The translations under genes were made by a program, and so were the position numbers. This document shows, piece by piece, positions 37,176-50,429 of a DNA stretch of 64,000 nt. Under the pieces are notes generated by a model. It saw only the letters and a program-made list of their open reading frames with translations, was not told the origin of the DNA and did not search any database. Source of the stretch: Harriotta raleighana (Eukaryota); assembly GCA_050575255.1 (NCBI GenBank), contig JBNZDD010013632.1:2995122-3059121 (forward strand), written 5' to 3'. Every line of letters begins with the position of its first letter. Position 1 is the first letter of the stretch.

Positions 37176-40100
37176 AACTCAACGAGCAGTTTGGAAACTT
37201 GTTTAGTATTTTAGCTGATAAAATTACAGCACTACCGATTACGTGCTCTGGAGTCCCAAGTCCTTAACTCTTCCCAATCTGCCTGTAAACCTTCTGAGAT
37301 TAGGTGAGCTGTGTGAATCCCTCCAGGGAAATTTCCATGTATGTGTAGAATTCTCAGTAGTTTAGGTTACATACTCTTGAGTATGGTGATAGTTTTTCTG
37401 GATCTGTACAGAAACATATCACCATATGGTAGATTGAAATGAATCTTTCCATCCTGCTCAACCTTACATTCAGCATCATGCACATGTGAATATAATGCTC
37501 TAAATCTCTCTCGAAAGATGATCTCAATAACCTGAAGACGTGGATGTTTTAGTGTTCCTAGGTGGGGAAATGATTTATGTGCATGGATTCAAGCCTTAAT
37601 GGATATCTCTGAAAGTCCAGGTAAAAATGGAGTAGTCAACCATGTCTTTGGCTCACTGTCTTATTCATACTTTGATTTATCAGTTGTACTTTACCATTAA
37701 TTATAATTTTTGTCATTTATTTAAGCAGCAAACCTATATTTAAGTGTTACAGGATTTCTATAAGGTCAGCAATCTCTATGTGTTAATATTCCGACTGTGC
37801 CAATTTATGACAACGATGTGCAGTTAACTGGTACACTTGGAAACATAACATGCACTGGCAATTAGAACACCATAACATCATCGAAGTGTAATTATTAGCT
37901 GAAATGTTCATGTCCTGCCATTGCAAAACCTAACAATGTGTTATTTGATAATAATAACAACAAATTGTCATTTGATAAGAATAATAAGACTTACACTTTT
38001 CTTCTTTTCTCCTTTGTTTTGTCACAAGGCATTATAATTAGTTGCTTTATACTTAAATATGAATCACTGTAACTTGGGGGAAATGACTGGAAAAGAGCCA
38101 ACTGTTTAAAACTACAATAATTTACTTCCACTTGGCCCACACAGGTCAATTTTAGACTGTTCACTTGTTTCACAAATATTATTATGTTCCTTGAATACCA
38201 TAATTTTTTTTACATTTTCAGCTCACTAGGAAAAATAAGCGTCACAAATAATGTAGGCCTCTGTTGCTAACTTTCTAGTCTACAATAATTTATCACCACA
38301 AATATTTTCTGTCTATATATGATTTCAAATGCAAAGAAAACTAATGCAGGGATAGAGAGTACAACCACAAGAAAAGGGGATTCATTTTGGATACATTTTA
38401 AATCTAACCCAAACAGAAAATTTCACAATAAAAATATAACAACCATTTCATTTAATTTGGAATTGTGTTGGTTCTTTAAAACGGTTAGTTTCATGCCAAG
38501 TATCAGTCTATAGAAGAAACTCTTCATTTTATATAAAATGTGCCTCTTTTAAAGTAACACTGAAACTAAAGCACGCAAACTAAACAGAGATTTTTCATTC
38601 ATTGCAAACTGTGAGGTTCATTGGTGGCCTTGATGCCCTGTCACCTCTAAATACTTTCTTTCTAGGTTTCTTTCTCTTGCACCACATAGTTCAGCTTTCA
38701 TTCGATGCAGTTTATGGATCATTTGAGCTGGACAATGAATCTGCAACAGTTTCTAGTCACACAGAGCCTCTCACAGTGGTCAGCAACATGAGAATGGCAT
38801 GCCGTTTGGGTCAGTGTCAGTGTCATTTTTACTGACACAAATGTACAAGGGTGGGAGCTGAAATAGAAGATTGTGCACTTTCCCATGCTCTGACATCAGA
38901 ACTCTGAAAGGGAAGCCACTGACATAATTTGTTGTACTTTGGGAATGCAATGATTTTGTATAAATCAAAAGCATTTGCTATAGGTACGAAAAGCCTCACT
39001 CATTGATTGTGGAAGGAATGCAATGGTTAAGATGCTTGCCTTAAGTAGCTAGGGATTTGATTACAAGTAATGGTTGGCACTTTAACTCTCTCATTAATAC
39101 ATAGCGATTTGAAGTTGTCCTTTACTACCAAGTGCTCCATGCTACTCAAAAACATGCTTCTTTCAGCTTGACCAGAATATGTACTTTTCTGTGAAGGAAT
39201 ATGATTGCTATCCAAAGTTACAAATACAGCCTGGAAACATTCTCCCTGTTGCAGGGAAGATATCTCTATAAATATAAGGTAGAAATAAATAATAACTACT
39301 TATCGCTCAAAGATCTGCGATTATAAATACCAGCACCAAGTAAAATCAGCCTTCAAAATAAATTGTAAAACCATTTCTATGCAAGTATTTGCAAACTCAC
39401 TTTTACTTTTAAAAGTGCTGCACATATTAGAAGCTCATTCATAAGGAAGCTGTGAAGGAGGTGGGTATAACTAATTGTACTTTTAATTAGAGTTTAGCAA
39501 ATTTAATTTGTAACGCAATGACATCTAACTTGATCTCCAATTTTCAAATTCTGAAAGTTGAATTCCCTCAAGTACAGGTTAATGCCATTGTTTCTCCAGA
39601 TTTAGTTAGAGTTAAAATTCCAATTCAGAAACTATGGAATAAGATATTTAATGAACAATATATGTTCACGTGATGCTGACCATGTCCAATAGGATTTTAA
39701 AAATTCGGATCTGATTCAATCTGAAATTCAATATTAATCTGAATTCTAAATAGATGAATTTTGTTTTTTTTTCCTCATGTAATTCTAATTCTAAATTGAA
39801 GGTGTTATGAAAATATAATATCTAGGTACTGTATCGATATAATGATGTGTTTTGTGTTTCTTTGGATGAATCGTGAATATTTAAGAATTCAATTAATTAG
39901 AGAAACACCGTAATTCTTAAGTTATAAAGTGAGAACATTGCAATATTCTTCCTAAAAATACCTAAAGTAAAAATTTATATTTCAATTATTTTGGTTGATA
40001 CTCACCCATACATCTATTCAATTTCCCCATGATAAGTACACAGTTTTGAAATTAATAAGTAATGGAACTTTCTATCACATGGAGAATCTGGGCAATTTAG

Positions 40101-41599
40101 TTAATGATCATACTCACCTTCAAATTAAGAAGTAACATTTTACTGATCTTAAATAAAGACAATAAATACAATTATTTGCTGTATATACCTTTTGACTTTG
40201 TTCTTCTTTATAACACATAAGCAAGTTAATTTATGAGAAGACATTATAACTTAACCAACCACTTATATCCTGCCTTAATAAATCTTATCTGATGCTGCAA
40301 TATTTCAGAACTGCTATGTTTTTCAGCGAAGCTGGGAAAACTATTTTGCTGCCAGACCACAAGAATAATGAGAGACACATTATGTCATGTAAAAGCCGAA
40401 TAGCTCCATGGTTACAGCCAAGATGCAAGGCACCAGTTTCAGTCACGCATACAAGTGTGGATCTTTTAAATCTTTAATAAATTATTGTTTTGTATGTGAA
40501 TTGTAAAATATAAAGAGACTAGCTCTAAGAAATATAATAATGTATCTGTTTACATAATAGTACTGTACCTTGTTTGCACTTGTTAGTAAAGATTTATGGA
40601 AACTGCTGTGCATATAGAATTGTTAAATCTCCTTTTTGACAGCAATTTTAAGAAATTACGGAATACATACATTGAAGATAAGTTTACAAAGCAGTATTTT
40701 TTAAGAGCAAATGTATTCTGTTCATGCTCCGTTAGTAACAACCAACCAAATTAGCAATAATATATTTAACTATAAATGTGTTGGCAGAAACTTGCAATGT
40801 TTTAATAATTCATGCTAGGAATGCAACAAAAAATATAGGAAGAGACTAACTATTTCACCATTGGTTCTATAGTGCCTCAGGGAATGACGAAGGGTAAATA
40901 GTTTAACTAAATATATATTATATAGATATATAATGCATATACAATGTCTGTTCTCTATTACTCATTGTGTATTCATGTGTGTAGTTTGCTAGAGTTTCTG
41001 GGAACTTGTCTGTTTTTCATTTATCAATCGATTTCAGTTAAAAATCAGAAAGTTCAGTAGCCAGTTTTGACAATTAGATGAATTTCACAGTGATATCGTA
41101 ATAACATAAGATAGTGCACATATTTGGGGGTATATTAGGTAATAACAAAGGATGATGAGTAAACTCTGTCCTTAGGCATTAATTTTTGTCTCTGTACAAT
41201 CATACCGTAATTGTAACTAATACAATGTTATTGGGGCAGTTGCAAAAACTTTACTCCATCACCCAAATAAGAGTATCTACACTTAAGATTACTGTCAAGT
41301 GTTACAACTTGATATGCTTTGATTTATATATGTGTCTGTCTGTTATTGCATACTTTAATTTTTCAGTAGAAAAGATCTAAATCCAGATTATTTTTAAACA
41401 GAAAAGCCTATTTTTTTCTCTTCTGGAATATTCTCAGTTAAATCAGTAAAAGATGAAAATATCAAAGTCTATAAATGTTCAATGAATTGATAAATAGCTC
41501 TCCAAATATAATGAAACTGTTGCCATCAAGTATAAAAATATGTATGAAAAATATTTTACAATATTGGATCAATTCAGTCCGGTTCGGAAACAAAAAAAC

Positions 41600-42560
41600 A
41601 GTTTATCCTTTTACACTGATTGAACAAATAGGGGCAGTATCATAAGGGAAAAATCCTTGGAAGTTGTTTATGTAAGTTTGCATAACCTTAATAAATAGAA
41701 ACCAATTTATTGGAAAAAATTCCACTCAAGTTTTATGTTTACTCTATGTGTCCAAAATTTGGTAAATCATTGAATTCAACCTTTGAAAAACAATTGTTTT
41801 ATTTACTTCTTTAAAAAGCGCAGAAAACACTGCTTTAAAATGAAGGCTATATTTTAGAAATGGCCAAATTCTGGATGCTCTAAAGTGATACTTGTGTGGG
41901 ATAAATCTAACCAGGTGGAATTTCTCCTCCTTTACCGGTCTTTCATTGAAGTAGAGTTTTTTAAGAGCTGTACTAAAGCACATTCACATCCCCTGGGAAG
42001 ACATGCCATGGTCCAGTTAAGTCTCTGTGGTGACACTTGACCCATGAAATTCAATGGAAATAACAATTTTCTTTCTTGTAAACCAAGAATTAAGTGCTAT
42101 GAATACAAACTATGACTGAAATGAAACGGGATCTGAAATGTATCATTACCAAGGAAGCAAAAAACTTTGAGCCCTTTTGAAATTGTGGGTGGGCTGAAAA
42201 ATCATTTGTAACATAAATCAGCAATATCATACGATAATTAGCAAATGTGCAGAATCCTTTCAATATTGTCTCAATTTTACAACTTCAAAATCAATGCTGT
42301 GAAAAATTGCAACAAGTTTTTGAGGAAACTTATGAGACAACAAGATAATAATTAAGGGATAATTTGGAACCAGTGTTGAAACTGATTCTATCAATGTTGA
42401 AATTCAGGAGTTTGTTGGATGTTTAAGAACAAATACAACAATAGATGAGGACTATAATTTTGTTAACATCTCACCCTATTTATTTAGAATATTCAGTTAT
42501 TTTCAATTGGTGGAGGAACTGTTCAAAGGATTGAGGGTGAAAATTACGGATCATGTAAAT
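41600..42560 (+). mobile_element. Very old CR1-like RT fossil
   Basis: EVVYVSL..LNK (cf. DVVYLDFxKAFDK, ~41661), P.G...GP (cf. PQGSVLGP, ~41990), LEYS and TVQRIEGENY (~42485-42550). Highly degenerate. Confidence 0.35.
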
Positions 42561-43159
42561 CAGTATTCTACAAGTTAATAAAAGTTAATTTTAGGAACAC
42601 TTGCAATGAACAGGAGTTAACACGGCTGAACAATCTTGCCATTTCAGTTAACCCACAATTAAACACAACAACACCAAATACAGTACATGCTGGCAAGGTT
42701 AGCTTGATCTGCGAAAATCTTGCTGTGCCTTGTAGTATTTGTTTGATTGACGAGGCTTGCTGTTGTGGTGTTGTTTCTCTCAGCAGGTTAGTTAACCCCA
42801 TCTGTTCTAGGTTAAAACAGCAACATATAAACTTCCCCTTCAAGAATGCTATGCTTTGTCAAGTAAGTCCAATTTCAAAAAAGTTTCAGTGTTGGTTCTC
42901 TCATCCATGCTAGAATGAGAATTATTGTCACATTTTCTGAAAGTTTAGTAAAACCTTTTATGAGGTTCAAACAAAGTTTTTAGTTACTGTATAAAAGAAC
43001 CAAACTGTACAAAACATTTTGATTATTTAAAAAATGTTACGTTACTTTAGTTTTCCATTATTACAATGTTTTGTATAAAGGATATTAAAAATTAATCATC
43101 CAGAATTCATTCACCTTTAAATAAAAACATTAAAATGAGTATTGTGTATTATTCTGTAG

Positions 43160-43632
43160 CTCATGTACTCTCCCCGCACCAAGCTCCACGACCACATCAC
43201 TTCCACCCTTGCCCGGCTCCATTGACTCTCCATCCCCCAGAGGATCGAATTCAAGATCCTCGACCTCGCTTTCATGGCCATTCACAGCTTTGCCCTCTTC
43301 TGTCTCTCCGACCTGCTGTCCCCCTCTGAACCTGCCCTCCCCCTCCATTCAGCTCCATATCCCCCGCCCAACCCACCCTACCATCGGTGGACGAGCTTTC
43401 AGCCTCTCTGCCCCCACATTCTGGAACTCCATTCCACAGTCCCTTCACCTTGTTTCCTCCCATGCCTCCTTCAAGGCCAGTCTCAAGACCCTCCTCTTCG
43501 ATCATGCTTTCTGCTGCCCTCCCAACCTCTCCCCCACCACTCCCCCCTATCCTGCCCCTCTCCATTGCTTGGGTCCTGACCTGATGTCCTCCCAAAGTGA
43601 AAGGCACTCTATAAATGTAATTTTGTTGTTGT
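43160..43632 (+). mobile_element. 5'-truncated L2 3' end
   Basis: HITSTLARLH, RIEFKI, IGGRAFSLSAPTFWNSIPQSL, FKASLKTLLF, then a tail gtgaaaggcactctataaatgtaatt(ttg)n. Confidence 0.95.
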
Positions 43633-43802
43633 ATATTAAATATTTGTTAATGTAAATTAAGTGATGATTTAAAGCAGCATTTTACTACATAATTTCCCTT
43701 CTAATGCAATGCAACACAGTACTTGCCTTCAAATGTCTTACAATCTAACTGAACACCAAGAGTTACCCTTGGTTCTATCCATTCTGATCTGAAGTATGTG
43801 CA

Positions 43803-43835
43803 TAACAACAACAACAAAATTACATTTGTATAGCT
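43803..43835 (-). mobile_element. L2 extreme 3' tail fragment
   Basis: (aac)n aaaattacatttgtatagc. Confidence 0.75.
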
Positions 43836-45685
43836 GGAGGCACTGGGATATCCACACATGTAGGGTAGTTCAGGCATTGGGCACAGACATCTCTTCATGA
43901 ACTTCTCGTTATGCTATACATAGAATGCTTGAGGAATCTGGCCTCGAGTACCAAGGAGGATATTCTTGAGAACGGATTATTATGTAAAACAAATTAGTTC
44001 AATTGGGTTAATTAGATTTGCAATGTAATAGTCAGTTTCTCAAGGTACCTTCAGGTGCACAGATAACAATGTTAAACAATCAGAGCAGCTAATAGTGATT
44101 TTAATAACCATGAATCGCTTCGCTCACGGATCCTTAATGTAGCCTTCAACATTGAGTCTCCATATATCCTAGTTTTTTTTCAAAGTCAACTTTAATGCAG
44201 TGTTACAGTAAACAGTTTATTTTGGTCATTTACTCTCACAGCACATAAATTAATGCAGATATCATGCTGTGCCTCAATGAGTAATGAGATGCTAGTGTTT
44301 TTAGGGAGAGTTCTAGATACTTGCATTTTTAATTTTAAAAATTCTCTGGATTGACCATTGGCATCATAATATCCCAAAGAGTTCTGGCAAATTATAATTG
44401 GACATTTCTCTCTATGGTTATAAAGTATTTTCATGTGAATTCAATTATTGACCTGCTTAATTTGTAAAAGAATTATCACCCTATCTGAGTATTAAGGATA
44501 ATTAACAATTAACTCTGTTTTAACTATATTTTATGTTATTGCGTTTTGGACTATTAATTTCCTGTACATAATATTAAAGAGTATTATATAATGGAAATCA
44601 ATAAATAAGACAACTGTATTCCTAAATATATGATCATGCAAATTCATTGTAAGATGTACTCATTGTAACAGATATGATGTGATCCAGTGATTTAAAAGAT
44701 TGTTGGATCAGGAATTTCTGAAGAACAGCAATTGAATACTGAGTGCTAAAATTGGCATAGAAATCATGAGAACCCTTATAGTTAACGTTATGATTCATTC
44801 TATACGTTCAACTCAAAACTAGAGTTATTATCTACTTGATATTGTGCTAACATTTCATGAAACATTTCATGCAGTGATCCTGTAATATTATAAGCTTTGG
44901 TACTGTGGAATTCTTCCTGTTTGATGCTGTAAAGATAGAGCATCGGATGCCAGACCTTTACTTGTAGTGTGGGAAAATTAGAAAAGCAAAATGTGTGTAC
45001 AAGTTAGGCACTCAGAATACTGGTAGATTACTGGTAGCCAGAAAAAAATGTTGGTCTGCAAGCAACAGTTCTATCGGTGCTGTGACCTCTGATGGAATAA
45101 AAAAAAACACTTCCTTTGGTTATTCCTTTGGCCTCTCATTTACTTTATAGCTCTACCACAGAGATCAGAGCTGCCACAAACAGAGATTCTGTGAGAAAGA
45201 TGCATAAATCAGTTTCCCTACCCCAACTTCACATATCACATCCATTTCTTAACCAGATTGCTGTGTGAATCAAATCGTGACCCAAAATCAACTGTAACAC
45301 TTTTATAAGGTAGCACCAGTATAACATAAACATTGTCAGCTACTTTGCTTTGCTAATGTTTAGATTAGTGAAAGTGTAAAATATAACACCTTGATATGGT
45401 AAGGAAGTTTAATTGCTGCTAGACATCTTTCACACACTTTGAAACGCTCCACCAAAAATAAATTACATTAAAAACTTCAGCAGAATCGTTCTCACATGAA
45501 GTGGTGGCATCTGATAGCTGCTAGAAAAGGTTCTACCCAACCTTTAATTTTCACTATTTCCACTAAAATATTAGGAAGAGAACTTAAAAAAATTCTTACT
45601 CATGTAAGGATCACCATATATATACATTGATAAGCATGAGATTTATGTTGAAGGCGCTATACAAATGCCCTAAGATTTATGTTGA

Positions 45686-45953
45686 TGGGTTTGATTCACA
45701 GCCACGGCGAAACCCTGGGCAAGTTTCCTTACTCCACATGCCTAACGATAATCCCTCAAAAAAAAGAACAATAATAATTTGGTCACTCAATCTAAGACTG
45801 TTTGTGGGACACTGCTGTGCGCAATTGGCTGCCGTGTTTCGCCCTCAAATATACAGTCAATTCACTTTACCGGATTTTCTGTAAAGCACTTTGAACCATC
45901 TAGAAGACGTGAAAAGCGCTATTTCAAATGCAAGGATTATTCTTATTATTATT
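45686..45953 (+). mobile_element. tRNA-derived SINE, 5'-truncated at the B box
   Basis: tgggtttgattc...ctgggcaagtttccttactccacatgcct...tctagaagacgtgaaaagcgctatttcaaatgcaagga(tta)n. Confidence 0.95.
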
Positions 45954-45958
45954 GAAGT

Positions 45959-46272
45959 TAATAAGAAGAAGAATTCTTGCATTTGGACTGTGTCACATTC
46001 CTGGATGTCTTTGTCTCAAAGATTGAAAATATCTGCTTGGCTCACCCCACCCGACCCCACCCCGCACCCCGGCTCTGAGATTCTGACTGCGTGGAGGGCG
46101 CGACATAAGAGCGCATTGTTGTTGTTGTATTTGATATATTGTTGAGGTGTTCCCAAAGCACTTCACAGAATGTACTCTAAAGTGAATTAACTGTAAATTT
46201 TGTGAGCGAAGAGCGGCAGCATAGCAGTATCCCACAAACTGTGAATTGAGTGACCAAATTAATATTATTTCT
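45959..46272 (-). mobile_element. SINE 3' half, tail-to-tail with the previous copy and interrupted by a + strand L2-type fragment (~45990-46128)
   Basis: Tail ttcttgcatttg at ~45975; body resumes at tatttgatata..cccaaagcacttcacagaat (46128 onward). The insert ends gtggagggcgcgacataag..(ttg)n. Confidence 0.8.
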
Positions 46273-46589
46273 TGTTTTGCTTTATCAGATAAGTATCTCC
46301 TGCTCAGCTTTTAAAAATATAAACTCAGGTTCTTCTGGTACGTCTTCTGATGTTTAATCTTGAAATGCTTCCACTTCAGTGCTGAGATATAACATGAAAT
46401 TGATGACAATATCCAGTCTACCCCTCACTGGCATATTTATGCTTCATCTGATTTTTTTTTGCCTACTACATATACTACATTAGAATTATCCTTTAAAATA
46501 GTCATAAATCAAACCAAGATTTTGACGGCTGAGAATAACTGAAAACACATTTAAGTTTTGGCATGTTTTATAGATAATGAATTTGGCAT

Positions 46590-46645
46590 TCCCCAGGACG
46601 TCTTCCCGACGTGAAAAGCACTCTATAAATGTAATTTTGTTGTTA
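46590..46645 (+). mobile_element. L2 3' tail-only insertion
   Basis: ggacgtcttcccgacgtgaaaagcactctataaatgtaattttgttgtt. Confidence 0.9.
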
Positions 46646-46842
46646 TGTGGTAGAATAATCTGTAAAAAGTTAAATTCATTTGTGGGGAGGTTCTGTAATG
46701 AATTGGGGATTCTTAAAAAGATTAGAAATATAAGCATTTTCTATGTTTATGTGATTCAGAAAAATGTTGGGTTTGTTTCAATCCTCTGAATCATTGCACT
46801 TCTTCAGACACAGAACATTAGTAGCACCATTGAAATATGATA

Positions 46843-46925
46843 GTAACAATAATAATCCTTGCATTGATTGGATCAAGTGCCATATCACATATTCAAGACA
46901 TCCCAAAGAGCTTCACAGAATATAT
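46843..46925 (-). mobile_element. SINE 3' tail fragment
   Basis: (aat)n ccttgcattg...gacatcccaaagagcttcacagaata. Confidence 0.8.
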
Positions 46926-48232
46926 ATATTAACCTGAATATTTATTTTCAATGAGAAATTCCCCCCCCAAAACTTATTTTCTTTTACAAACTAGTTTTAT
47001 ACATTTCCAAAATAAATTAACCCCTGTCTCATTACCCCTACACTCCCCTTTCCCCTGATGGTGAAAAGCATAAAGTTGCAATTTATAGACTGGGAGCTCC
47101 CTTGCTTGAATTCCGCTCAGTGCTGAGTTTACTGGTCTACACCAAATGCAAGGATTGTTATTATTATTATTAGTGAAAATGACATGTATAAATTATACTA
47201 TTGAAATTGATTGGAGTAGAAAGGAAGCTGTATTCCCAATTCAATAATTACCTCCATAGATGTTCCCCCTGTCCCTAATGGTGCTGTGTTTGGTAATGTT
47301 ACAGACTCAGGAGAGTGGCCAAACTTAAAAAAATTAAAAACACTTAAATAGTTTTCCAATTCTTGTGTAGTGGATGATTCAAGAATAGTAAAGCTATTTG
47401 GAATCAAAGCAGTGTTAAATCAATACTAACGGAAGAATGATTATTTTATTCTGGAATCTGGATCTAGTTCAAACCTAGTTACATTAACCAAGCTACCATA
47501 CAATCCCTTTGAGGAAAGAAATCTCTGTGGTGTGCTTTTCAAACATTATTATATCTGACGAAAATGCTAAAGTCCCAGTATTGTAAATAGAAATCCTTAT
47601 TTATGTGTCTCTGAAATATATGATACTGCGCAAGCTATCTTGTGAATGATTATTTTGCCTCGAAGGATGTTTAAACCAAAATGTGTTTTTTTCGGGTTTG
47701 TAATTTTTCTAATGATTGGAATTCAATTCTCTCGTTGATTGTCCTCTTCAATCTCCACACTTTCAACAGGAAATGCATTCAGGCATTTGACCCAACACCC
47801 AACCAATGTCAATTTCAATTAGCTGCGAACAAGTGTGCAGCAACAACCTGGACCTCCAATATACTGCACCCAAAACTATCTGATAAGAATAGATTGATGG
47901 TGCACCTCACAGATATTATTCAGCATCAACAATCACATTATCAGTTCAATGACGTGATATAAAAATAAATCAAAATGGTTTTCAAAATCAGATCTGCCAA
48001 ATTGAATTAAAATCTGCTGACTTTTCTGATCTATATCATGGTCAAAATTCAAATCACTAGCATTTTTACATTGGAATAATAAAGTATCTGTGTTACCTAT
48101 ATGTGAGATAACCAGCAATGTACAATGTCTGGATTTAATCTGTGACTTCCATTCTATTCCTTTTCTCCAGAGGCGTTGAGTCTTGCGATGTTATGGCTCT
48201 TCAATCTGATCCCAGTTGATAATTTTGGAGGG

Positions 48233-48440
48233 TAATAATAGAAATAATCCTTGCATTTTTATTTAGTACCTTTTATATTAGGAGCAGTGTAGTGACTGTG
48301 TAGATTGTATGCGAATGTGACAACCAATTTTCACACAGCAATATCCCACAAACAGCCAAGAAATGAATGACCAATTTTATTTGGTGGATTGTTAGCCTGA
48401 ACACCTGAAGGCACTCTCTTTGTGCAGTCCCATGGCAACC
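48233..48440 (-). mobile_element. Diverged SINE 3' part (DeuSINE-like)
   Basis: aatccttgcattt...accaattttcacacagcaatatcccacaaacagc..gaatgacca...gcctgaacacc. Confidence 0.65.
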
Positions 48441-48526
48441 AGTATTGGACTGGTTGGACTGGACTCCCAAAAGGGATTGTGATGTAAAATAGGGGGTGGG
48501 GGGTTAGGCTCAGGTGCCCCTATTTT

Positions 48527-48813
48527 ATAATAATAATCCTTGCATTTGATATAGCGCTTTTCATGACTTCTAGACGTCTCAAAGCGCTTCACAGAATATG
48601 CTGTAAAACTAATTCGCTGTATATTTGTGGGTGAAATGTGGTAACCAGTTGTGCACAGCAGTGTCCCACAAACAGGCGTGGATTGAAGGATTGAGGGATC
48701 AGTATCAGGCGTGTGTAGTTAGAAAACTTCCTCAAGGTTTTGCCCTAACGGGAATCAAACCCAGGTCTCTCACTTGCAAGGCGAGTGCTCTAACCACTGA
48801 GCTACAGGACTCC
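48527..48813 (-). mobile_element. Full-length tRNA(Ala)-like SINE, the best-preserved copy
   Basis: Minus-strand head GGAGTCCTGTAGCTCAGTGGTTAGAGCACTCGCCTTGCAAGTGAGAGACCTGGGTTTGATTCCC, with A and B boxes and an anticodon arm CTCGC-CTTGCAA-GTGAG (TGC). ATTTTAT flanks both ends (48522-48528 and 48814-48820). Confidence 0.96.
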
Positions 48814-48854
48814 ATTTTATGAAGCTGTTTCTGAAATTTCCAGATTTCCCATAT

Positions 48855-49090
48855 AACCAGCCACTGATGGCATCTTTAACGTTAACCTACATAGACAGAT
48901 AGGATTTTTGTTTAATGTCTCATCATGAGAAAGGCAGATAAATCAACCATAGGACTCACCAACTGCACATTCCAACAAAGGTTGCTGGAATGCAAGAGTT
49001 ACTGGCTGATTTGTTTTTCCTTACTTACAGGATTTTGTGGAAAGCTGTTTGATATGATTCCTGATCTGCGCAGTCTATCTCAGTCAGACT
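48855..49090 (-). mobile_element. Old Deu-domain SINE fragment
   Basis: Minus strand tgatgagacattaaacaaaaatcctatctgtct..ggttaacgttaaagatgccat matches the Deu core seen at 28490-28550. Confidence 0.6.
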
Positions 49091-49271
49091 GTTGGTAAAT
49101 GTGCAACAAATGGCCTCAAACCATTGATCTTCCTTTTCTTTATTGCTCCACACCACAGCAGGCAATTAATTCATCTATTCATTGGGGAAGGCCGATTTCA
49201 GTGGCTCATTAAACAAAATGTGAAAAAATACTGAATGTTATGAATTGTGAAATTGTAAAATGTGGCCAAAT

Positions 49272-49333
49272 ATAACAACAACAACATTACATTCTTAGAG
49301 TGTCTTTCATGTCGGGAGGACGTCCCAAGGTGC
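49272..49333 (-). mobile_element. L2 3' tail-only insertion
   Basis: (aac)n attacattcttagagtgtctttcatgtcgggaggacgtcccaaggtgc. Confidence 0.9.
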
Positions 49334-50359
49334 GGATGTAACAGAAAAAAGTGAAATTGTTTTGGAAAGGAAAGCAAATGTTCTGCAACGTACAATAGAA
49401 TTGCAAGGACTGAAAATCAGGAAAAGAATGAAAACATTTGAAGTGAATACACTCCAATGATATTGCACAGACGTGAAATATTCAGCTCATGAAAATACAC
49501 AATCTTAGTATGATTGGGGTTTGATGAAATCTATGGCTTCGGTTGAATGTTTTAGGTGATTGGTGTTTATTTGGTTAAATGGATAGATACAGCCAATGTA
49601 ACAGACTCTGGCAATAGTTTATATGTATTTCCACAGTTGAAGAGATTTTCCTGTTGAGTATGCCAAAAAACATTTTAACCCATTCATGTTAAAAGTTTAA
49701 GCACATCCTCCTGATACGAAAGTCTCTATATAGGTGTAAATTTGTATTGTTAAGCCCGACATGGTTCCTAATTTGCCAGTATTTTTCAGGTTTATATGGT
49801 TCTCAGTTCAATTTGGGAATATTTCTATTGCTGTCTGTCATATATTTGGCAATTCAGTCTGAACAAAATTAGCCGGAAACATAATGGAAAGTATCTATGC
49901 TTTACAGATCTTCTTGAGTTCTAAATTCTGCTACTGTCCGTGGATAAAGTTTGGCTACAGATTGGTGTGATTGTTAAATTAAAAAGATTATTAGAAAAAC
50001 CTTTTTTTGTTTTAGGATTACGATTTGATACTTCAGTCGTTGTACTTTGATAGAACTCCCAGCTAATGATATTGAATGTGATGTGGTTTTATCATTCAGA
50101 TTCCCTCTATGCCTTGTATTTAAAATCATATGCTGTGCATTATATTTCTTAGATATAAATTTCTTCAAGCAAGCTGGTCAAGCCATGGATGTCAGTGAGA
50201 TGTGCATGTATGATGGACCTGTCAATTTTGGGAAAATACAATGAATGCCATTTTTGATTGACTGCAGTGAGACCGATGCAAAACACATTTCAATGTACGA
50301 GTTGCTCCAAGTTTTAAAAATTCTTTTCACAAAACCAGTGAGACAATGTGCACGAAAAT

Positions 50360-50417
50360 TGGCTTGGAATGTCCTCCTGATATGAAAGGGGCTCCACAAA
50401 TGTAATTTTGTTGTTGT
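50360..50417 (+). mobile_element. L2 3' tail-only insertion
   Basis: cttggaatgtcctcctgatatgaaaggggctccacaaatgtaattttgttgttg. Confidence 0.85.
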
Positions 50418-50429
50418 CATGTCCTTTCA

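Noticed and set aside
43130-43655. Six overlapping ORFs on both strands (up to 148 aa)
   Set aside because: All are readings of the C-rich L2 3' region, which has few stop codons. The same applies to 9357-10482, 55494-56070 and 63346-63940.
48749-48813. tRNA-Ala(TGC) gene
   Set aside because: There is no proper acceptor stem or Pol III terminator, and the sequence runs directly into the SINE body shared with 27115 and 57891. It is a SINE head.
23931-49808. Shared 18-mer TTTATATGGTTCTCAGTT at 23931 and 49791
   Set aside because: The flanks do not align, and one such AT-rich match is plausible by chance in a window this size.
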